In this document: piece by piece, positions 29,528 through 38,557 of the stretch
How the letters are laid out: the number at the start of each line of letters is the position of its first letter
How positions within the stretch are numbered: position 1 is the stretch's first letter
Source of the DNA: Verrucomicrobiales bacterium
GTDB taxonomy: Bacteria; Verrucomicrobiota; Verrucomicrobiia; Verrucomicrobiales; V1-33
Assembly (NCBI GenBank): GCA_031411295.1
Contig: JANOAV010000030.1
Coordinates: forward strand, 1-51,422
Length of the DNA stretch: 51,422 nt
Reading direction: 5' to 3'
Notes under the pieces: model-generated
The model's input: the letters and a program-made list of their open reading frames with translations, nothing else
Databases searched by the model: none
What the model was told of the DNA's origin: nothing
Made by a program: the position numbers and the translations under genes

Positions 29528-30004
29528 ATGAACGCTGATTATTTTCGCCTGCTTGGTTTCCTCGACACCGTTTCCACCATGCTGGAGGAGAAAGACCTCG
29601 TCTCTCCCAACCCGAAAAAAACCGCCGTCTCCCTGCAACGCCAGCTCACCAGTGCCCGCAAACTACTGCTGGCGGAAGCATTGAAATTGCAACGAGCCCA
29701 TGCTGAATTCGAAGCCAACGTCAAAGGCGCCCGTGAAGTTATCGCAGATGTCATGACTGTCCTGCACGCCGGCAACAAGAGTGTGGCCCCCCTTATTGGT
29801 TCGCAGTTGGAGGAGTTCTCCGACTCCGCCTCGCTGGCCAGAGGCACCAGCACGCCCAGCCCCACCGGCGGCCGCCGTCTGGGTGGTGGAGATGATTGCT
29901 CCACGAGCATCAAACCCGGCAGCAGCAGCAGTTCTTCCAGCTCCTCGTCGAGCAGCTCGTCTTCCTCCCGCAGCTCTTCATCCAGCAGCAGCAGCTCTCG
30001 TTAG
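29528..30004 (+). CDS. Small protein with a helical N-terminus and a poly-serine tail (S16-R-S9-R)
   Basis: 158-aa ORF from an ATG after an AT-rich leader. The tail at 29921-30001 uses all six Ser codons. Confidence 0.7.
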   Translation: MNADYFRLLGFLDTVSTMLEEKDLVSPNPKKTAVSLQRQLTSARKLLLAEALKLQRAHAEFEANVKGAREVIADVMTVLHAGNKSVAPLIGSQLEEFSDSASLARGTSTPSPTGGRRLGGGDDCSTSIKPGSSSSSSSSSSSSSSSSRSSSSSSSSSR

Positions 30005-30040
30005 GTTCAGGTTGGATTTTGTTTGCATTCAATTTCCCGC

Positions 30041-30808
30041 ATGGATAACCCGATCCCAGACACCGGGGCCGATTCAGATGATCCTGCTGACGGCCTCGGT
30101 GAGTTTCCCCCTACCCGCTGGAGCCTGGTCCTGACGGCCAAATCCGCTGATACCTCCACGGCACGGCGCGCCATAGACGAGTTGTGCCGCACCTATTGGT
30201 ATCCCCTCTATTCTTATGTGCGACGCCAAGGGCTCTCGCCTCAGGATGCGGAAGATCGCACCCAGGAATTTTTTCAATCGCTCATCGAACGCAATTCGCT
30301 CAGTTCGGTGGATGCCGAACGTGGTAAATTACGTTCATTTCTGCTGGGCGGGGTTAAAAAAAGCATCATCACCACCCACCGCCGGGAAACGGCCGCCAAG
30401 CGTGGCGGCGGGGCTCTCGTATTTTCCATCGATCAAGCGCTAGCCGAATCTCGCTTCGGCCAGGAACCATCACATGGTCAATCGCCCGATGTGATTTTTG
30501 AACAGAACTGGGCCCAAGCCATCCTCGATGCGGCCTCAGAACGACTTCAGGAATGGTATACCAACGGAAACCGCACCACCCTCTTTGAGGTCATCCGTCC
30601 CTTTCTCGACGGCCGGGATGCCCCCGGAGCCTACACCGCCGCCGCCACCGAACTCAGGGTCCCCGAAGGCACCTTGCGCACTGCCATTTTCCAAATGAGA
30701 AAACGCTACCGGTCCCTGATTGAGGATGAAATCCGCCAGACGGTCTCCACCTCTGAAGAAGCCCAAGCCGAGTTGGATTACCTGCGCGCCGTGCTCGCAG
30801 GGCGGTAG
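30041..30808 (+). CDS. ECF sigma-70 factor of the PVC 'FPxTRWSLV' type
   Basis: FPPTRWSLV, LCRTYWYPLYSYVRRQG, DAEDRTQEFF, RGKLRSFL, AKRGGG, EIRQTV. Start at ATG 30041. Confidence 0.9.
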   Translation: MDNPIPDTGADSDDPADGLGEFPPTRWSLVLTAKSADTSTARRAIDELCRTYWYPLYSYVRRQGLSPQDAEDRTQEFFQSLIERNSLSSVDAERGKLRSFLLGGVKKSIITTHRRETAAKRGGGALVFSIDQALAESRFGQEPSHGQSPDVIFEQNWAQAILDAASERLQEWYTNGNRTTLFEVIRPFLDGRDAPGAYTAAATELRVPEGTLRTAIFQMRKRYRSLIEDEIRQTVSTSEEAQAELDYLRAVLAGR

Positions 30809-30874
30809 GGGATCGGCAAGATGCTCCAAAAATTCCTCAGTTGCGGCAGCGGCAATTGAAGCCATCTTTGCCCC

Positions 30875-31444
30875 ATGTCCCCCGTCCGCCAACTGCATTT
30901 CCTTACTGTGGAAGAGTATCTTACGGGAGAGCAACTGAGTGATGTTAAACACGAATACATCGCAGGGAAGGTCCATGCCATGGCGGGAGCCAGTTGGTGG
31001 CACAACCGATTTGCGGGACGCCTGTATTCTAGGCTGGAAACCCATCTGGATACCAAGCCTTACACGCCGTTTACTGGGGACATGAAAGTCCGCATGAGGG
31101 TTAAATCCCAAGACCTGTTCTATTATCCTGACGTCGTGGTCAGTTGCGACCCGCGTGACGTCGGTGGCTATTGTTTAAGCCATCCAAAGCTCATCATCGA
31201 GGTGCTCTCAGAAAGCACCGAGCGACTGGACCGCACCGAGAAAATGTCTAATTATCTGACCCTGCCATCGCTGGAAGAATATCTCTTGGTGGCGGAGGAC
31301 AAACCTGAAGCAACCCTCTTCCGCCGTCGCACGGGTTGGGAGCCCGAGGTCTATCAGGGGCTTGATGCGGTGGTTCATTTGGAGACGGTCGGTTACGAGT
31401 TCGTGCTGGCTGAGTTGTATCACGGGGTGTTGCCGGCGGAGTAG
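30875..31444 (+). CDS. Uma2 family (DUF820) endonuclease-fold protein
   Basis: TVEEYL...KHEYIAG...AMAGAS..HN, YYPDVVV, IIEVLSESTE..DR.EK...Y..LPSLEEYLLV. Confidence 0.92.
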   Translation: MSPVRQLHFLTVEEYLTGEQLSDVKHEYIAGKVHAMAGASWWHNRFAGRLYSRLETHLDTKPYTPFTGDMKVRMRVKSQDLFYYPDVVVSCDPRDVGGYCLSHPKLIIEVLSESTERLDRTEKMSNYLTLPSLEEYLLVAEDKPEATLFRRRTGWEPEVYQGLDAVVHLETVGYEFVLAELYHGVLPAE

Positions 31445-31483
31445 GTAAACTTTCGCAAAGCTGCCACCACTCCTGCAACTCTC

Positions 31484-31846
31484 ATGCAAGCTGAACTGAA
31501 GCACATTCAATCAAATGACCATCATTGTTGGGATGACTTCCTCGCCACTCTGCCGCCAGAACCATGGGATTACTCCGGATGGTTTTCCGTGGAAATTGGC
31601 CCGGATGATGGCTGTGACGCAGGCGAGACATTTCAAGTTCTTGTTGTGACGCCAGTAGCACTTTCCGACTTCAAGCCCATGCGAGGAGATTTCCGCTTTG
31701 TTATAGTTGAATCGTTCGCGCCAGAGGGGATCACTAGCGCATTGCGACAGCACATCGCAGCATGCTCTGGAGAGTCATGGGAAGACATCCGTGAGAAACT
31801 ACGGAAGTCCATGTGGTGGGAAAGAGAAAGCATTGTCCACCACTAG
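31484..31846 (+). CDS. Imm8-like immunity protein
   Basis: EIGP....GETFQVLVVTP and C.GESWE.I.EKL...M.WE pattern of the Imm8 family. Confidence 0.7.
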   Translation: MQAELKHIQSNDHHCWDDFLATLPPEPWDYSGWFSVEIGPDDGCDAGETFQVLVVTPVALSDFKPMRGDFRFVIVESFAPEGITSALRQHIAACSGESWEDIREKLRKSMWWERESIVHH

Positions 31847-31971
31847 AGTAAGCCTTCGATGCTCCCAATCTGAAATCACGAGAAGATAAAAGGTCCGCAG
31901 CCCGAGGGGGGACGGGCTATATTTCAGTCGGGAGATTCAATAGTGGGGTGCGAAAAAATTAGCATATGGTC

Positions 31972-32008
31972 TTGACTTATTTGCCGATGTGCGAATAAAT
32001 ACGCACAT
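31972..32008 (+). promoter_or_regulatory. Promoter with overlapping palindromic operator candidate for BlaI
   Basis: TTGACT at 31972-31977. Inverted repeat ATGTGCG-N8-CGCACAT (31987-32008) covers the -10 region and reaches into the start codon. Confidence 0.5.
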
Positions 32009-32414
32009 GCCGAAACCACGTAAGAGCCCCGAAGATGAAGTGCCTTTGACCAAGCGAGAGCGCCAGATTATGGATGTGAGCTATCGCAGGCAGCAACTCA
32101 CGGCCCGGGAAATTTGGGCAGAATTGCCGGATGCCCCAAGTTATTCCACCGTCCGCACCCTGTTGAATTTACTGGTGAAGAAGGGGCATTTGCAGTGTGA
32201 TTCAGAGGATCGCGCGCACCTGTATCGACCCGTGCGGCAAAAATCTGTAGCGGCGGAATCCGCCCTCAAACGGCTTGTCAGGACGTTCTTCGATGGATCA
32301 GTGGCCCATGCGGTTAGCGGGCTACTCTCGTTGCACGACAAGAAACTGACTCCGGAAGAATTAGCCCGACTCGAACGTCTGATTGCGGAATCCAAAGCGG
32401 AGGAAAGGTTATGA
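32007..32414 (+). CDS. BlaI/MecI/CopY family transcriptional repressor
   Basis: LTKRERQIMD, SYSTVRTLL..LV.KG, Y.P, and LKRLVRTFFDGS motifs. Confidence 0.92.
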   Translation: MPKPRKSPEDEVPLTKRERQIMDVSYRRQQLTAREIWAELPDAPSYSTVRTLLNLLVKKGHLQCDSEDRAHLYRPVRQKSVAAESALKRLVRTFFDGSVAHAVSGLLSLHDKKLTPEELARLERLIAESKAEERL

Positions 32415-32629
32415 ACCCTGAAGCCGAAATATTTGTGCGTGGTTTGCTGTGGTCGCTGGCCAAAGGGCTGCTCTGGCTTGGCTGCTGTGGCCTCTTGCAT
32501 TGGAAACTTGCGCGCTGGGCCCCATCTTGGCGGGTGTGTTTGCTCGCACTACTTGCGATCAATTTTTCAAATTTCTTGCCAGCAACATGGTCGTGGGTGC
32601 TAAATTCACCACTGGTTGGCCACAGTTAG
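32411..32629 (+). pseudogene. Truncated BlaR1/M56-type membrane protein N-terminus
   Basis: ATGA overlap with blaI. Two hydrophobic segments, then a stop at 72 aa with no HExxH domain. A transposase follows. Confidence 0.55.
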
Positions 32630-32784
32630 GTCTCTGCGATCCTCTGCGGTGAATCCCTGTCCCGGTTATTTGATCCAAACTCCCAATTGAAAACGTTACG
32701 CCGAGCGAACCTTTGTTTCACCAATAGATTCCGAATGTGTGTCGATTGTCCTCAGCCGGTAGGTCTTCTTCTGGACGGCAGCCG

Positions 32785-33885
32785 TTAAGCCCGCAGATCG
32801 CGCAAACTACGCATCCCGCCCCAATTCACCGGGCCGCGTAATTTCCTTGCACCATCCTGTCGTGCAGCTGGGAAATGCTCGCGCTTCAGCGCGAACACCC
32901 GGTCCACAAATTCCTTCGTCCCCAAGATTCCGCTGCGCGAAAAGTATCGCACCCGATCCCGCAACGCCACCGCCCATGGGAGCTGGCCTTCTGCCTGCTT
33001 CACGGCCTCTCCTGAGGCCTCGGAGATTACTCCCTGCGCCCGACCATTCTTCACTTTGGGAACTTGCCCCACGGCGTATAAAATTAGCCGATACCGCGCC
33101 TGCACAGCCCCCCAACTTCCGCTCGGTTGTTGATCATATTTCCAAGCAAGCTCATCCTTCGTCATGTCCTTAACGTTCACAGCCGCCTCGCCTGCCGCCC
33201 TCGCCAGGCCCTTGCGAGCCGCGGCCTTCCCGCCCACAGCCTCACCATAGCCAGACCATTGATAATCTTTTGGATCGCTAACCAGTTTCGCGCGCAGCGG
33301 ATTCAGATCCACGTAAGCACAAGTCGCCAAGAGCGCCTCGCCCTCACCTTCCACGATCACGCTCGTGAAACGCTCCGCCCAGAGCGTCCCGAACGTCTTG
33401 TGGAACGCATTAAACCATCGCGCAAACCGTTGTTTCAGCAACCGCATGAACCACGACAGATCGTGCATCATCGGCAAATATTTCGCCCGAAACGCCGACC
33501 AAATTTCATCTGTCGCCCCTTGTAAATTCTTCTCTGCCTCCACGAAAGCCGATTTCCCGTATAGCACCCCATAGCGACGCAACACCTCAGCATTAGGAAC
33601 CAACGCATCAGCCCCAGGCACAGGCACAGCAGGAATAGCCGCCCCATTCTCTCCCGCCAGCGCCTCAATCGATTCCTTCACTGGCACCCGCACCACAATA
33701 TGAACATGATTGCTCATAACCGCGTAGGTCAGCACCTCAACACCGCAAAAATCCGCCATCTGCCAGAGCATCTTGCGCATCATGTTCTTCTCCACCTCCC
33801 CAAACAGAAACTCCCCCCGGCTCGTGCGGGTGATCGCATGATAAACAGTGGGTTCAGAAGTGACAGTGAGACGTGCTTGGGCCAT
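32785..33885 (-). mobile_element. HUH/Y1 transposase, REP-associated tyrosine transposase (RAYT)-like, IS200/IS605 superfamily
   Basis: YHAITRT, YAVMSNHVHIVV (HUH), GTLWAERF, AYVDLNPLRA (catalytic Tyr), and DY.WSGY motifs. Confidence 0.9.
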
Positions 33886-33929
33886 GCGGGAAAATTATTC
33901 GGAGAAACCTGTCAGTCAATATCTTCTCT

Positions 33930-33992
33930 GTCTATAGGGAATTGCATGTCTATATGGACTTGCACCGTCTATTTGTCAACGCATCTGTCTAT
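33930..33992. repeat. Four phased GTCTAT direct repeats upstream of the transposase
   Basis: GTCTAT at 33930, 33948, 33967 and 33987 (spacing 18, 19, 20). Three copies have GCA a few bases upstream. Confidence 0.65.
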
Positions 33993-34032
33993 TAGCTTCA
34001 GCCCTTTGCGCGGCACGCGGTTTTCAAAACTT

Positions 34033-34530
34033 TCATGCCACTTGGCTTGGCGTTATTTTTAGCACTAAATTTAATTTCTCTATTATGTCAGCGCCCCTTC
34101 GATTTGATTCTATTGCGAGTTGCGATTTCGGATCTAGAACGCACCATTTTTTCGCAGCGAAATGAGAACTAAGCATGGCTCCAGCGACTAAGCGTCCTGC
34201 CAACCACGGCCAAGCAGACTCAGAACCTTCGACAGGCAAATTTTCACAATGATAATCCATAATAACAGTGCAGTTTTTGACAAATCCGTATCTTACATTG
34301 ACATCAAATGCAATAATATACTTAATTTGTTTTAATACCAACTTTGCAGCGTCTTCATCAATTTCCTTTAGAATAGCAATAGTAGCCGTTATTGCTTCGT
34401 GGTAGCGATGCGGGGTGTATATGTTTATACCGAATATTACATGGTTCTGATATCGCCGCTTAGCGATCTCTATGACTTGCTTGCAAGCCCATTCAAAAAT
34501 TCTCTTTTTAATCAAGATAAACATAATCAT
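34033..34530 (-). CDS. Low-GC hypothetical protein, putative Rhs immunity protein
   Basis: Markedly AT-rich 165-aa ORF starting 12 bp after the stop of the Rhs C-terminal region. Confidence 0.55.
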   Translation of the reverse strand: MIMFILIKKRIFEWACKQVIEIAKRRYQNHVIFGINIYTPHRYHEAITATIAILKEIDEDAAKLVLKQIKYIIAFDVNVRYGFVKNCTVIMDYHCENLPVEGSESAWPWLAGRLVAGAMLSSHFAAKKWCVLDPKSQLAIESNRRGADIIEKLNLVLKITPSQVA

Positions 34531-34542
34531 TACTCAGACCTA

Positions 34543-35290
34543 TTAAGCGAGCGGCGGGTTATTGGAATCCCATTCCCAAGGCTCCAAGCCTAAATGAGGC
34601 ACCAGCATTAGCGGGAGAGCTAAGATACCCTCGCCGCACTTTAATAAACCATTTCCTATCTTCTTCCAAGGGATTGTAAACCCTTTTTTCTCCAACTCTT
34701 TAGTTGGGTCAGGGAGCGGATCACTGGGCGGCCCAGGCTCAGGCGCTGGCGGGGGGGGGGGCCGGCGTTGGTGGAGCATAATTTCATGGGGGAGTCGGGG
34801 GAGTTATTCGCGGGGGCTCTGGAAGGCTTTCAGGACTCAAATGGCCATTTGAAGTGCTACCTGCAGCAATAATTCTGAGGAGCAACATTTTCCATCCTTC
34901 AAAAGGAGCCCACCACGCGCGACCATCCGTATCGAAATGCCCAAGGGCGTTGTTCCCCACCATCCCATACAAATTCAGCCCACCCTGCTCCTCAATCGGA
35001 TCGCGATTCAGCCAACGCCCCATGACAGGATCATAGAAGCGATACCCGTAGTAATACAACGGCACGCCGACGTCGTCATCAATGGGTTTGGTGCTGAAGC
35101 GGTAGGGGTTATCTGCCGCCAAGGCTCCGGTGGCAGAAACATTGTTCCCCAAAGGCATCGTATTGGTAATGCGCGGTGATCTGGCTTGTGTTCAGGTCCG
35201 AAATGTCCGTCACATTCCCATTTCCGTCGTAAAGGTAATACCCACCCGCCCCGGTGCCGTGGTAGTAGAAGACCTTCCCGACCTCGTATG
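34543..35290 (-). pseudogene. Orphan Rhs repeat-associated core plus C-terminal toxin tip, disrupted
   Basis: YLYDGNGNVT...HYQYDAFG, then NPYRFSTK, YYYGYRFYDPVMGRWLNRDPIEEQGGLNLYGMVGNN, DTDG. Frameshift at C4 35147-35150, TGA at 34784-34786, and a second frameshift in the G11 tract 34751-34761. Confidence 0.85.
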
Positions 35291-35298
35291 CTGGGACT

Positions 35299-37458
35299 TC
35301 ACTCCGCGCGGGCGGCCAGTTTTTCGCAGCTTTGGATGTCTAGTTTCCCGCTTTGCAGGATGGGGATGGTTTGGACTGGAACGAGCTTTTTGGGAATCCA
35401 GAGGCTGGGCACGCCGCGGTCCAAGAGGGTGTAGCGCAGGTTGATCAACTCTTGTTTCACGGCGGCACTGGCGACGGTGGACAGGAGCACGAGCATTTCT
35501 CCTTTATCAGGATCCGGCAGGCCGACGACGGCTATCTTGCGCTCGCTCTCCCCTTCCAGGCCCAGGGCGCGGTTGATGTGGTCCTCGATGGTTTCATGCG
35601 GGATCATTTCCCCGGCAATCTTGGAGAAGCGGCTCAGGCGACCTTCGATGTGGAGGAAGCCATCGCCATCCAAGCGACCGATATCCCCCGTGCGGAACCA
35701 GCCTTGGTGGAGCACTTCTTCGGTTTTGCGCGGTTGCTTCAAATAGCCGTTGAAAATGTTGGCTCCTCGCAGCCAGATCATGCCACTCTGATCGACGGGC
35801 AGCGGCTCCTCCGTGGTGGCGCTGGTGATACGCACGGCAATCCCGGTCAGCATTTGTCCCACGGAACCTAACCGCCGACTAGGCAGCACGGGGATGTTGG
35901 GATTGGTGGGATCAGGGATGGGGTCGGGCAAATTCAGGTTCGTGGCCGGGGAGGTTTCGGTTAGTCCATAGCCTTCCAGCACGGGCTTGTCGAAGCGTTT
36001 GCGGAACTCCTCCTCCAAGGCCAGCGGCAGTTTCTCGGCTCCGGTCACGATTAATTTCACGCTGGCCAGTTGCTCCTTCTTGGCGCGCTTCAGGTAGCCA
36101 CGGAGGAATGTGGGCGTGGCCACCATCAAGCTGACGCGATGTTGCTCGATTAGTTCGGCCAGCTTCGGAATTTCCATGGGGGAGGGGAAGCTCACCACGC
36201 TCAAGCCTTCGATCATGGCATAGTAAAAGGTGACCGTGCTCCCAAAGGAGTGAAATAGTGGCAGGCAGCCGAGGATCTTATCCTGCGGCGTCAGGTTCAA
36301 GCGGGAGCCGATCTGATTTACGTTCGCCAGAACGTTTTGGTGGCTGAGCACCACCCCCTTGGGCTCGCCCGAGCTACCGCTGGTGAAGAGCAGGGTGGAT
36401 TCTTCTCCGCCCAGCTTGGGGAGTTGCAGCATTTTCACGAGGACCGAGGCCGGCAGCGTCTTGACGAGCAACAACCAGCGGACGATGCGGCCTTTCCATT
36501 GGGGCAGCAGTCTTTCCAGGAACATCAGATGCTTGATGGGGGGCCACGGGAAGCCTTGCATCTTGCGGACGAAAATGTCGGCCGTGAGGAACCGATCGAT
36601 CTCCGCCTGTTTGATGGCACTCTCGATGGATTCCGTGCTGGCGGTGAAATTCAGATTCACCGGGGTCTTGCCCGCCAGGATAGCCGCCAGATTCGCCACC
36701 ATGGCTCCCTTGCCGGGAGGCAGGACGATGCCGATGCGCGGTTGCTTGGTGAATTTCTTAATTTCCTGACTCAGGACAATGGCCGCCGCCAGGATACGAT
36801 GATAACTCGTGACGCTGCCGTCGGTGCCGTCATATAATTTGGCCCGGCCGCCGAAGGCCTTGATGCCGCGGACCAAAGCCTGGCCGACGTGCCCTTTGAA
36901 GGTTGGGCGTGCGTTGTAAGCCTCCACCCCTCCCATCAGCAGGACCTCCCAGAGCTGCGCCACCGTAACTTGGTCTGCGTCGATCTGCGGGCAGAAGACG
37001 ATGATAGCCTCCTTGTGCAGGGAGGCCGACTCCTGGCGCAATTTGCTTTCGCGAGGGTGGTCAATATAGACGGGCTGCACGGGCACGGAGAGTTCCGATA
37101 ACCATTGGAGCGTGGTGCGGGAAATCGTGACATTGGTGCCAGCTTGAGCGCGCACGGAGCCGGGCACGAAGATGATTAATCGGCCTGCCGCCACGCCCTG
37201 CCGGACCTGTTCCGCCGCTCCTGACTCCTGGAGCGTGGCCTGGTTGCCAGGATGTTGATCAATCGCAGCCTGCTGCTCAGCAGTATAAACCGCCGAGGCA
37301 TCCAGGAGGACACTGACGGTGCGTCCAGCCGCCAGCGCGACCAAACGCTGTAAATCCGCCCCGGTCAGGCGGGTGGGAATCACCAACGCCCCGGAGGAAG
37401 TTAGGCGATCAGAATGCAGCACAAGGGTTGACTTAAGGGATACGCTAGGTGTGGACAT
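35299..37458 (-). CDS. aas: Aas-like AMP-binding protein (degenerate acyltransferase plus acyl-ACP synthetase domain)
   Basis: PVNLNFT, LFTSGSSGEPKGVVLSH, LPLFHSFG, EGYGLTETSP, WFRTGD, GRLSRFSKIAGEM, SGKLD. Start probably ATG 37458. Confidence 0.85.
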   Translation of the reverse strand: MSTPSVSLKSTLVLHSDRLTSSGALVIPTRLTGADLQRLVALAAGRTVSVLLDASAVYTAEQQAAIDQHPGNQATLQESGAAEQVRQGVAAGRLIIFVPGSVRAQAGTNVTISRTTLQWLSELSVPVQPVYIDHPRESKLRQESASLHKEAIIVFCPQIDADQVTVAQLWEVLLMGGVEAYNARPTFKGHVGQALVRGIKAFGGRAKLYDGTDGSVTSYHRILAAAIVLSQEIKKFTKQPRIGIVLPPGKGAMVANLAAILAGKTPVNLNFTASTESIESAIKQAEIDRFLTADIFVRKMQGFPWPPIKHLMFLERLLPQWKGRIVRWLLLVKTLPASVLVKMLQLPKLGGEESTLLFTSGSSGEPKGVVLSHQNVLANVNQIGSRLNLTPQDKILGCLPLFHSFGSTVTFYYAMIEGLSVVSFPSPMEIPKLAELIEQHRVSLMVATPTFLRGYLKRAKKEQLASVKLIVTGAEKLPLALEEEFRKRFDKPVLEGYGLTETSPATNLNLPDPIPDPTNPNIPVLPSRRLGSVGQMLTGIAVRITSATTEEPLPVDQSGMIWLRGANIFNGYLKQPRKTEEVLHQGWFRTGDIGRLDGDGFLHIEGRLSRFSKIAGEMIPHETIEDHINRALGLEGESERKIAVVGLPDPDKGEMLVLLSTVASAAVKQELINLRYTLLDRGVPSLWIPKKLVPVQTIPILQSGKLDIQSCEKLAARAE

Positions 37459-37609
37459 GCCAGAAAATTGTTCGCTGCGAAACGGACTAAACCCGTCAGC
37501 GGACCATGAGTATCTCTGCTTCTCAGAAAATCTCAAATGGGAATCCATGCGAGTTACGAATCAGAAAACGCAGCCCTGCTTGCGGCATCGAATCGATCAC
37601 TTGGCCGCA

Positions 37610-38557
37610 TCACCCATGGCTGGCACCGTTGCGCAATGCCTCGTAGGCCGGTCGCAATCGAGGCGCCACCAGTTCCTCCAGTCGCTCGCGAACTGGCTCA
37701 GGGATGAGGCGCTCAGTCCCCGGCGTATAGGCATTTCCCTGCTGTTTGCTGTGAAAGCGACTGCGGTGAGTGACCTTATCCTGCTCAGCCTCGGTGAGAT
37801 TAGGGGCCAACCGCGCGATGATCCCCACGGGATCTTCCAAGAGTTGCGCGTGATCAAGAGGGATCAACTCGCCAGCCGCCACGAATGGCAGCGCCAGCGC
37901 AAAAATGGCTTCCAGCACGCGGGCAGCATAAGCATCCAGATCGGCGGGATTTAACTTAGCTAAATTAGGCGCCAAGGACTCAAGATTGCGCAATCCCGGC
38001 ACCATTTGGCTGCCGCGTTGACGATGATGCGACCAGAGGATTGCTAAAGGATCGCGATAAATAAAAAAACGCGGCGTCTCGGGGAACGCTTGTTTAATGA
38101 GTGGAAGCCAGGCGATGTCCCAACTATCGTATTTAATAAAAAAATAGCGATCCCCAGCCACGCGCGTTTGGCTCAGGGCGCGAATTAGCATTTGTATAAG
38201 CGATGATTTCTCCTGCGGCGGGATTGAGAGTTGCAATAACTCGTCCACGATGGGTGGCTCTGAGAGGGCGATGCATCCTTCCAGGCAGGAGAGCAATTGG
38301 GTCAGGAGCGTGGAACCACTGCGGGAAGTATGGAAGATAAATGCCGTGGGTGCGATGGGTGGCGGGAGGGAGCAACTGTGCAGGCCCTGCAATCCTGTCT
38401 GCCGAAAGGTGTGGTGTCCAGTTTGGGCGCGTCGCATCGTATCTTCAAAGAACGGTTCCACAAAGGGCACTCCCGCAAGATTTTGCCAGTGCACGAGGAC
38501 TTCACCATCCTGCTGCCGCTCCAGTCTTACGGGATACCATCCGGCAGTGGGGCTCAT
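37610..38557 (-). CDS. PAPS-dependent sulfotransferase family protein
   Basis: 5'-PSB-like FHTSRSGSTLL and 3'-PB-like IYRDPLAILWS. ATGA overlap with the hydroxylase gene. Confidence 0.85.
   Translation of the reverse strand: MSPTAGWYPVRLERQQDGEVLVHWQNLAGVPFVEPFFEDTMRRAQTGHHTFRQTGLQGLHSCSLPPPIAPTAFIFHTSRSGSTLLTQLLSCLEGCIALSEPPIVDELLQLSIPPQEKSSLIQMLIRALSQTRVAGDRYFFIKYDSWDIAWLPLIKQAFPETPRFFIYRDPLAILWSHHRQRGSQMVPGLRNLESLAPNLAKLNPADLDAYAARVLEAIFALALPFVAAGELIPLDHAQLLEDPVGIIARLAPNLTEAEQDKVTHRSRFHSKQQGNAYTPGTERLIPEPVRERLEELVAPRLRPAYEALRNGASHG

Noticed and set aside
29921..30001. Microsatellite or slippage origin of the serine tract
   Set aside because: All six Ser codons are interleaved, with only short AGC runs.
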